Below, one piece after another: positions 57,026-64,000 of a DNA stretch of 64,000 nt (position 1 is its first letter; each line of letters begins with the position of its first letter). The DNA comes from an uncultured Gammaproteobacteria bacterium (GTDB lineage: Bacteria; Patescibacteriota; Microgenomatia; Levybacterales; UBA12049), in NCBI GenBank assembly GCA_964521295.1, contig CAZFRF010000001.1:7751-71750 (forward strand). Direction: 5' to 3'. The notes under the pieces are model-generated. The model did no database searches, was not told the DNA's origin, and worked only from the letters and a program-made list of their open reading frames with translations. The translations under genes were made by a program, and so were the position numbers.

Positions 57026-58165
57026 ATGAATAGGTATCTTAAAACTATATTAATAATTTTGACGTTTGCAATCCTGTTGTTAGTCTGTATTTTTTCTCTT
57101 TGGCAAGTAAGTAAAAATTCCCAGCAAAATATTAATGATACCGAAGGTAATAATTCAATAAATTCGCATAAAGAATCTGTAACAGTTTATACGCAAAATT
57201 TATCAGTACCATGGTCAATGGTTTTTTTGCCTGATAATAGGATGTTAGTAACTGAGCGAGGAGGGAAGGTAAGAATCGTTGATCAAAACGGAAAACTCCA
57301 AGAATCTTCCGCAGTGGTTTTAAATGTGCGGCAAGATTTAACCGGGGAAAATGGTTTACTTGGAATTACTCTTCATCCAAAATATATCCAAAACCATTAT
57401 GTATATTTATATTACACATATCAAACTAATGGACAATCATTTAATAAAGTTGCCAGGATGACTTTTACAGCTGATAAGTTGATTAATGAAAAAGTGATTG
57501 TAGATAAAATTCCGGCAGCTATCTTTCATGATGGAGGCAGAATTAAGTTTGGACCTGATGGTTTCTTATACATCACAACAGGAGATGCTAGGAGTTCTCA
57601 ATTTGCTCAAGATAAAAATTCTCTAGCAGGAAAAATTTTAAGAGTAACAGATGAAGGTAAAGCTGCTCCTGGTAATCCTTTTAATAATTTAGTCTATTCA
57701 TATGGACATAGAAATCCTCAAGGTCTTGCTTGGGATCAGGGGGGAAATTTATGGGAAACCGAGCATGGTAGATCTAATCCAACTGGATATGATGAAGTCA
57801 ATTTTATTGAAAGAGGAAAAAATTACGGGTGGGAAATAATTCAGGGTGATGAAGAAAAACAGGGTATGGAAACTCCCAAGAAAAATTCAGGTTCGACTAC
57901 GACCTGGGCTCCATCTGGAGCAGTATTCGTAGGCAATTCTTTCTTTTTCGTTGGACTTAAAGGAGAAACATTGTATGAAGCGGTTATTGAGGACAATAAT
58001 ATTGTAGATTTTAAAGAACATTTTAAAGGAGAATTTGGGCGACTTAGGGATGTGGTTTTAGGAAACGATGGGATGCTTTATTTAACTACAAGCAATAGAG
58101 ATGGAAGGGGAAATTCAAGAGTAGGAGATGACAAGATAATTAGGGTTAATCCAAATTCTTTGTAA
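57026..58165 (+). CDS. PQQ-dependent sugar dehydrogenase (GSDH family)
   Basis: PWSMVFLPD, GLLGI.LHP, HDGGRIKFGPDG.LY, GHRNPQGLAW, GRLRDV. Confidence 0.93.
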   Translation: MNRYLKTILIILTFAILLLVCIFSLWQVSKNSQQNINDTEGNNSINSHKESVTVYTQNLSVPWSMVFLPDNRMLVTERGGKVRIVDQNGKLQESSAVVLNVRQDLTGENGLLGITLHPKYIQNHYVYLYYTYQTNGQSFNKVARMTFTADKLINEKVIVDKIPAAIFHDGGRIKFGPDGFLYITTGDARSSQFAQDKNSLAGKILRVTDEGKAAPGNPFNNLVYSYGHRNPQGLAWDQGGNLWETEHGRSNPTGYDEVNFIERGKNYGWEIIQGDEEKQGMETPKKNSGSTTTWAPSGAVFVGNSFFFVGLKGETLYEAVIEDNNIVDFKEHFKGEFGRLRDVVLGNDGMLYLTTSNRDGRGNSRVGDDKIIRVNPNSL

Positions 58166-58222
58166 TCTAATAAATGTCGTTATTGACATCAAAATCAAAG
58201 AGGAGTATATTTTTCAATTATT

Positions 58223-59179
58223 ATGCCATCGGCACATGAAAGAAGATTAAGAAGATCTACTCCAGTTGAATTAAGACCAGCTATGCCAAATCCAGTTCCC
58301 CTTGCAGAAGGTCGTTTTGATCCGGATTCGATTAAATCTACTTTAGTAGGTACTCCGCGAAGAAGTTTATGGGTAGTAACTTTAGATAAAGAGGCAACAG
58401 GGGATACCTATGATACTTGGATTATGCGAGTTCCTCAGGGTTATGAAGCAAGAGGAGAGGGAGATCAAAGAGAGTTTCATAGGGTTTCAGATGGGGCTTT
58501 TTTACATGAAGATAGTTTATTAGAGCCAACAAATCATCCATTACTAAAACCCTTGAATGCTCAATCTTCGCACTCAGAATATTTAGCAGATGTGCATCAT
58601 AATTTTGCAGTAGCTAGTTCAGTTTTTGCTTTAGGGAGACATTTTACCTCAGAGCCTGAACTAGCTTATTTTAAAGAAGATCCTTTAGTAGCAGAATTAC
58701 CATTAGAAAAAAGATTAGTCTCTGATCAGCATGCTTTTCCAGGAAAGGGGGCGGGTAGAGAGCTTTTTGTTAGCCTTACTGATGATGTAGAAGGCGATGG
58801 AGATTATGTTGATACTTTAAGTTTCACTCAAGAAGTATTAGTAGATAATGGATTTTCAGATCCATTAGCAAATGCTGCGATGAGAGCAATTGATTTAATA
58901 AATGATGGAACTGATGTTAGATTTTTTGAGGCTTCTCATTATAGAACTAGAGCTGAGATTGAAAAAGCAGCAGGAGAACACGCTGCTCAAGCACTAATAG
59001 ATCAAGGTTTTCTTGAAGCTCATCCCAAATGGATAAGAGCATTAACTGTTCAGCCTTTAGATGATGGAGTAATAAGTTTTATAAGTACAGATCCTAAAGA
59101 TCACAGAAGTCATCCTCAAGCTCCATATAGAATTGATGTCAGAAGATTACATGAAGTTTTTTACCCAGAGAGATACTAA
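58223..59179 (+). CDS. Hypothetical protein
   Basis: 318-aa ORF; promoter TTGACA-N17-TATATT. Confidence 0.75.
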   Translation: MPSAHERRLRRSTPVELRPAMPNPVPLAEGRFDPDSIKSTLVGTPRRSLWVVTLDKEATGDTYDTWIMRVPQGYEARGEGDQREFHRVSDGAFLHEDSLLEPTNHPLLKPLNAQSSHSEYLADVHHNFAVASSVFALGRHFTSEPELAYFKEDPLVAELPLEKRLVSDQHAFPGKGAGRELFVSLTDDVEGDGDYVDTLSFTQEVLVDNGFSDPLANAAMRAIDLINDGTDVRFFEASHYRTRAEIEKAAGEHAAQALIDQGFLEAHPKWIRALTVQPLDDGVISFISTDPKDHRSHPQAPYRIDVRRLHEVFYPERY

Positions 59180-59233
59180 CATTAACTCATCTTGACATTC
59201 TTTATATAAAAACGTAAAATCCTCAACCATATA

Positions 59234-59902
59234 ATGAAAAATCATCTTGAATTAGGACAAAGAATTGCTAGACAAGCAGATCAGCTTGTAGCAAAAAGAT
59301 TCCATGAAATATTAGGAATTCCAGCAGATGAATATAGGGCTGGTTTGCAGGTGCCTGCTGATGCTGCAATTCCAACTGAAACACAAATGCATCCTCATCC
59401 ATTATTAGTTGATCCACGAGTTAGTTTGAAAGATTTAACTACACATTTTATTGGAGTTGGTGCTTTTAGACCAAGAATTGTAACAATCGGTTTACTTGAA
59501 AATGGAATTAATGGTCTGACTGATTTAAATGGAAATCCAATTGTTGAACAAGCAAATCCGTACATTGCCTTCGTTGATTTTGGCAGAGATTATGGAACTA
59601 ATGATTTCAATGTAGCAGTTGAAAGATTTACACAGAATAGCGTTGGTATAACACCATTAGAAGGGGTTGCATTGCAGTTACAATACGGTTCAAAGCTTCA
59701 AAAAGAAGACTACAATATTGTGCTTGGAGGAGCCCGTGGTAGATGTTGTGATTTAGATAGGGGTATAGATGGAATAGGTTTAGTATCTGCTGGAGAAGCA
59801 ATTAAAATGGGAACACATAGCATGGGATACTTACTAGATCGTAGGCCTGGTGGAGTGGTAACAAGAGCAAAAGATATTGTTGTTCTTGGGTCTGTAAAAT
59901 AA
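59234..59902 (+). CDS. Hypothetical protein (possibly DUF5701-like)
   Basis: PLLVDPR, PY..VD.G and TPLEGVAL motifs; promoter TTGACA-N17-TAAAAT. Family assignment is tentative. Confidence 0.6.
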   Translation: MKNHLELGQRIARQADQLVAKRFHEILGIPADEYRAGLQVPADAAIPTETQMHPHPLLVDPRVSLKDLTTHFIGVGAFRPRIVTIGLLENGINGLTDLNGNPIVEQANPYIAFVDFGRDYGTNDFNVAVERFTQNSVGITPLEGVALQLQYGSKLQKEDYNIVLGGARGRCCDLDRGIDGIGLVSAGEAIKMGTHSMGYLLDRRPGGVVTRAKDIVVLGSVK

Positions 59903-59933
59903 CTTCTTAACTTTTTGATATAATTAGCCTCAT

Positions 59934-61034
59934 ATGAATCTTTCAATTGGTATCGTAGGTCTTCCAAATGTAGGAAAAAGTACACTTTTTAATGCTCTTT
60001 TGAAAAAGCAGCAAGCTTTAGTTGCAAATTATCCGTTTGCAACAATTGAGCCAAATGTTGGTGTAGTTGCTGTTCCTGATGATAGGTTACTTAGTCTAGC
60101 AGAGATTACAAAGTCAGAAGAAAAAATGACAGATTTGCCTCCAATAAAACCAGCAACTGTAAATTTTGTAGACATTGCTGGACTAGTTAAAGGCGCTTCA
60201 GAAGGAGCAGGACTTGGTAATAAATTCTTAAGTCATATTAGAGAAGTGAGTGTAGTAGCTCATGTTGTTCGTGCATTTGAAGATGAAAATATTTTAAAAG
60301 AAGGCGCTGTAGATCCGAAGTCAGATTATGACACTATAAGAACAGAACTTCAAATTGCGGACTTACAAACTGTACAAAATGTATCTGAAAAAGCATTAAG
60401 GACAGATCCTGTGAAAAAAGCTGCAGTTGAAAAAATAAGACAAGTTTTAGATAGTGGCAATAATGCATCTACGACATCTTTAACAGAAGAAGAAGCTTTG
60501 TCTGTTAAAGAGTTTAATTTATTAACTTCCAAGCCTGAAATTGTCGTTTTAAATATTTCTGAAGCAGATTATAATCCGGAAAGTATTCAAAAAATTATTG
60601 GTACATATGCTGGTCTTTTAGAAGTAGAGGAGCACAGAGTAATTGTAATTTGTGCCAAAATTGAGGCAGAATTAGCAAGTTTATCCGAAGAGGAGCAAGT
60701 GGAATATCTTAAAGATTTAGGAATGAGCAAATCAGGCCTTGAGAGACTTATTCAAAAAGCTTATGAAGAGTTAGGTCTTATTTCATTTTTAACAAGTGGC
60801 GCTAAAGAAGTTAAAGCCTGGACAATTAAAAAAGGAATTACAGCCCAAATGGCTGCTGGAGAAATTCATACAGATTTTATTAAAAAGTTCATTAAAGCTG
60901 AAGTTGTGCATTTTGCAGATTTCGTTGGCGCCAATGGTTGGAAAGGCGCAAGGGAAGCGGGAAAGGCACTTTTAGAGGGAAGAGATTATATTATGCAAAA
61001 TGGAGATGTTGTTGAATTTAAAATAGGCACATAA
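59934..61034 (+). CDS. ychF: Redox-regulated ATPase YchF
   Basis: [49 protein letters not shown] domain. Confidence 0.97.
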   Translation: MNLSIGIVGLPNVGKSTLFNALLKKQQALVANYPFATIEPNVGVVAVPDDRLLSLAEITKSEEKMTDLPPIKPATVNFVDIAGLVKGASEGAGLGNKFLSHIREVSVVAHVVRAFEDENILKEGAVDPKSDYDTIRTELQIADLQTVQNVSEKALRTDPVKKAAVEKIRQVLDSGNNASTTSLTEEEALSVKEFNLLTSKPEIVVLNISEADYNPESIQKIIGTYAGLLEVEEHRVIVICAKIEAELASLSEEEQVEYLKDLGMSKSGLERLIQKAYEELGLISFLTSGAKEVKAWTIKKGITAQMAAGEIHTDFIKKFIKAEVVHFADFVGANGWKGAREAGKALLEGRDYIMQNGDVVEFKIGT

Positions 61035-61527
61035 TTATTCTGTTATCTGTATCGGGATTTGATACCACTTTGAATCCAAATCTTTCATAAGCTCTTATTG
61101 CTGCTAAGTTATTTTTTGTTGTTTCAAGCCAGATTCCTTTATTAGGATTTTGAGTATATTCAAGTAAATTTTTATATTTATCAAAGGCTTTATCCATAAA
61201 GTGTTTTGATAAGCCTTTTCCTCTTGCTGGTTTATATATTCTAACTGCAAAAGTAACACCATATGAATCTTTATTAATTGGAAGTAAATATTTTTTATTT
61301 GGTAAATTTTTTCTTCCATACCAAAGAATACCTAAAAGGTTGTCTTTTACATCTGTTAAAACAAAAACTGTTCTATCTTTTTTTTGCCAAGAAGTAAAAT
61401 GTTCTATGCTTCTAAATCTCTCTAAGTCTTTGGTGGTTTCTTGAATAATTTCGTCTGTGTTGGTGTAGTTTATGAGTTGTTGAATTTGTTTTTTAGTGAT
61501 TCCTTCTTTAATGTAGACAGTTTCCAT
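61018..61527 (-). CDS. GNAT-family N-acetyltransferase
   Basis: ARGKGLS acetyl-CoA motif, NLAAIRAYERFGF. Confidence 0.88.
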   Translation of the reverse strand: METVYIKEGITKKQIQQLINYTNTDEIIQETTKDLERFRSIEHFTSWQKKDRTVFVLTDVKDNLLGILWYGRKNLPNKKYLLPINKDSYGVTFAVRIYKPARGKGLSKHFMDKAFDKYKNLLEYTQNPNKGIWLETTKNNLAAIRAYERFGFKVVSNPDTDNRIIMCLF

Positions 61528-61587
61528 TGATAAATTATAACAATATTAATTGACAAAGATAATATAGAAATGTAGAATTGCGAGATT

Positions 61588-62865
61588 ATGTCAGAGCTTA
61601 TAGGAAAATATCGACCAGAACAACCAGTAATTACAGGTTTTGCACAAGTTTCTGGTTTTGGTGGAACAGAGGCAACAACTAATGGTTTATTAGATGGTAA
61701 AACTGCAATTGGAAAACACGATAACTTACAAATTCCTGGTGTTTCTGTTGCCGCACCAGCTCAATTTGATGCGTCAACTTTTCCATTTATAGCTGATTTA
61801 GATCCAAAATTTTTAAGAAGAACAAGTAGGTTTGGATTAATGACAATGGGTCTTATTGTTGAAGCAGGGTTGCATGCAAAAGTATTAGATGGGGATTATA
61901 AATTAATTCCACATTTTGATCCACAAGAGGCAAGTGTTGCTTTCGGAAGTGGTGTTGGTTCTTCTATCTATTTAGTTAGAAATGCAGATGTTTTAAGAGA
62001 TCCAGAAAATAAGGATAGAAAAATTGGTCCATTTGAAGCATTACATAGCTTGCCAGAGGGTCCACATTCAAATGCAGCCTTAAGAATAAATGCTATTGGC
62101 CCTTGTGATTATGAATCTGCAGCATGTGCAACTTCACTATATTCAATGGAACATGGTTTTAATAGATTAATGAGTGGTCAAGCGCAAATTGTTTTTGCGG
62201 GTGGGGCAGAATTAGTATTAGAAGAGCCAGTCTTAGCTCTTGGTGAATTTAAATCTTTCAAAGCTTTAACGCATAGCGAAGATCCAAATAATGCAAGTAT
62301 TCCTTTTTCAAAGCAAAGATCAGGATTTGTTATGGGTGAGGGTGGTGGAGTAGTGGTTATGGAAACTCTGGCATCAGCTCTAAAAAGAGAAGCTACAATT
62401 TATGCAGTGGTTGATTCAATAAGAAAAGGTTTAGGTGCAGGCGGAAGTTCAACTGATATGGCAACTGATAGAATTGCTAGTTTAATTAGTAAGGTTGCAA
62501 GGGGAAGAGAAATAGATGCTATATTTGCCCATGCTACAAGTACTCAGGTTGGGGACATTGCTGAAGCAACTGCTATTAGACAAGCATTGGGTAAAGACCA
62601 CCCGATAGCAGATGTTACTTCAGTTAAGTCAGGAGTTGGTCATGCTTTAGGTGGAGCTGGAATTCTTAGCGTTATTGCAGGTGTTAGAGCCATACATGAG
62701 GGAGTAATTCCTCCAACTAGAGTTGGTGAGGGCATTGATCCACAAATTGTTGATCAAGGAGTCAATGTTGTTACAGAGGCTAAGGTAAAACAAATAAATA
62801 CCGCTATTGTAGAAGCGTTTGGATTCCACGGACATAATGTTGTAGGCGCCTTAACTTCTTTATAA
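61588..62865 (+). CDS. Beta-ketoacyl-ACP synthase II-like (FabF-like) condensing enzyme
   Basis: AACATS (Cys), GFVMGEGGG, AHATST..GD..E (His), KS..GHALG (His), FGFHGHN. Confidence 0.88.
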   Translation: MSELIGKYRPEQPVITGFAQVSGFGGTEATTNGLLDGKTAIGKHDNLQIPGVSVAAPAQFDASTFPFIADLDPKFLRRTSRFGLMTMGLIVEAGLHAKVLDGDYKLIPHFDPQEASVAFGSGVGSSIYLVRNADVLRDPENKDRKIGPFEALHSLPEGPHSNAALRINAIGPCDYESAACATSLYSMEHGFNRLMSGQAQIVFAGGAELVLEEPVLALGEFKSFKALTHSEDPNNASIPFSKQRSGFVMGEGGGVVVMETLASALKREATIYAVVDSIRKGLGAGGSSTDMATDRIASLISKVARGREIDAIFAHATSTQVGDIAEATAIRQALGKDHPIADVTSVKSGVGHALGGAGILSVIAGVRAIHEGVIPPTRVGEGIDPQIVDQGVNVVTEAKVKQINTAIVEAFGFHGHNVVGALTSL

Positions 62866-62884
62866 CTTTTGTTATACTTAGTTC

Positions 62885-63838
62885 ATGCCACAAGAATTGC
62901 CTCAAAGTTTAGATTTAAAGTTAGCGGCTGATCAAATTAGAATTCATCGAGAAATTGGAGAAGTAAAAAGATTTACAAATATGGTTTTTGTTCCTGGAAG
63001 AGATGAGCAGGTTGCATATAGTCCAGCAATGGAAATCTTAGTTAATAATCCAGTTCTTCTTAGATATTCATATGGTTTTAGAGCTCCCAGTATGTCTACA
63101 GCTTATCTTACTCCGACTCACACAAGAGAAACTGGACTTAGTAATGTTAGAGATTTTTTACATGATAATGGTTTTGTCGGAGAAAGAGCAATTCAAACAA
63201 GAGGAATTGTTGATTTAAATAATCCAGCAGAGGCACAAATCTTAGAAGTTGATAGAGATTCAAGTCAAACCGTAGTAGATGCAAATGTTTTATTTACTCG
63301 TGATCCTAGAACAATCCTTATTATTAAATCTTCAGATTGTCCAACTGGTAGTATTCACTTTAAAGATAATGTGGGAAGAGATGGAGTAGCTCTTGTTCAT
63401 GGGGGAGCACAATCAATTAATTTTGGTTTAGTCAGGCAAGGCATGCAAGCTTTGCAAAGTGAACTCGGTGTGGATTTGGATAGCGTTACGGTTTCTATTT
63501 TTCCTGGTATGAAAGATTACACTCTTTCTAAAATGTGGAAAGATAAAGATGGGATAATAAGGCCAAGATACGAAGGCTTGTATCCAATAAACGTTAATGG
63601 GTTTTTGGAACCAGCTAAAACAGATGATCCTTTAGAGAAAAGAAAAATAGATTTAGAAAGTGCCTTTATAATGCAGCTCTTACAAGCTGGTGTTAACATT
63701 AAAAATATCGAAACGTTTGCCGTTGATACTTATGAAGATGCAAAGAAGGGTAGAGCATTTTCACACAGACTTATGGTTGATGAAAATGGTAGACCTGGCG
63801 CAAATCTGATAGCAATTCAACTAAGGCAAGCTACTTAA
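62885..63838 (+). CDS. YfiH/PgeF (laccase-domain) family protein, divergent
   Basis: ANVLFT, SSDCP, LVHGG, IDL, FSHR. Confidence 0.75.
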   Translation: MPQELPQSLDLKLAADQIRIHREIGEVKRFTNMVFVPGRDEQVAYSPAMEILVNNPVLLRYSYGFRAPSMSTAYLTPTHTRETGLSNVRDFLHDNGFVGERAIQTRGIVDLNNPAEAQILEVDRDSSQTVVDANVLFTRDPRTILIIKSSDCPTGSIHFKDNVGRDGVALVHGGAQSINFGLVRQGMQALQSELGVDLDSVTVSIFPGMKDYTLSKMWKDKDGIIRPRYEGLYPINVNGFLEPAKTDDPLEKRKIDLESAFIMQLLQAGVNIKNIETFAVDTYEDAKKGRAFSHRLMVDENGRPGANLIAIQLRQAT

Positions 63839-63881
63839 GTTCTGCTTGCTTAAAACCTTTGTGTATAGTAAAATTAAAGCC

Positions 63882-64000
63882 ATGAGAAATTACAATTTAA
63901 CTTTAGTTGTTAGTGGTTCATTAAAAGATGCTGACAGAAAAAAAGTTGTAGATTTAGTTAAAGAATATTTAAAGGGCGCAAAGTTTTCTAAATCAGATGA
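63882..64000 (+). CDS. rpsF: 30S ribosomal protein S6, partial (runs off the window)
   Basis: MRNYNLTLVVSGSLKDADRKKVVDLVKEYL... resembles the S6 N-terminus. Promoter TTGCTT-N17-TAAAAT ends 7 nt before the ATG. Confidence 0.7.
   Translation, partial: MRNYNLTLVVSGSLKDADRKKVVDLVKEYLKGAKFSKSD

Overview
This is an AT-rich, gene-dense bacterial chromosome segment in genetic code 11. The gene content suggests a Patescibacteria/CPR (Microgenomates-like) genome: two-domain ThyX, short EF-Ts, split transketolase, archaeal-type PEP carboxylase, cohesin/dockerin surface proteins, and rpsB-tsf-frr without pyrH. That taxonomy is an inference. Housekeeping blocks are tmk-dut-thyX-glyA, rpsB-tsf-frr, rseP-pgl, gdhA, zwf-gnd, proS, HIT-rpsU-ybeY-dnaX-ybaB-recR-cysS, transketolase, ychF and rpsF. 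They are interspersed with about 20 Arg-rich orphan or 'out-of-place' enzyme genes, most with their own sigma70-like promoter and very short leader. Top observations: (1) a complete T-box riboswitch with an actinobacterial-type ultrashort Stem I, a probable Asp (GAC) specifier and an intrinsic terminator, upstream of archaeal-type PEP carboxylase and divergent from a stand-alone cyanophycin-synthetase N-domain gene. (2) A nucleotide-enzyme cassette between frr and rseP (Maf, Gre-like factor, CMPK2-like kinase, degenerate-Nudix/methyltransferase fusion, CYTH), preceded by a truncated duplicate of the CYTH gene. (3) A compositionally distinct protein class with a shared N-terminal M-x(1-6)-E pattern and, in five cases, a shared TGC(N1-2)GA(T/C)T-ATG start motif; these are candidate host-directed effectors. 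I recognised no rRNA, tRNA, CRISPR array, integrase or transposase. All family assignments come from motif recognition by eye, not database searches.
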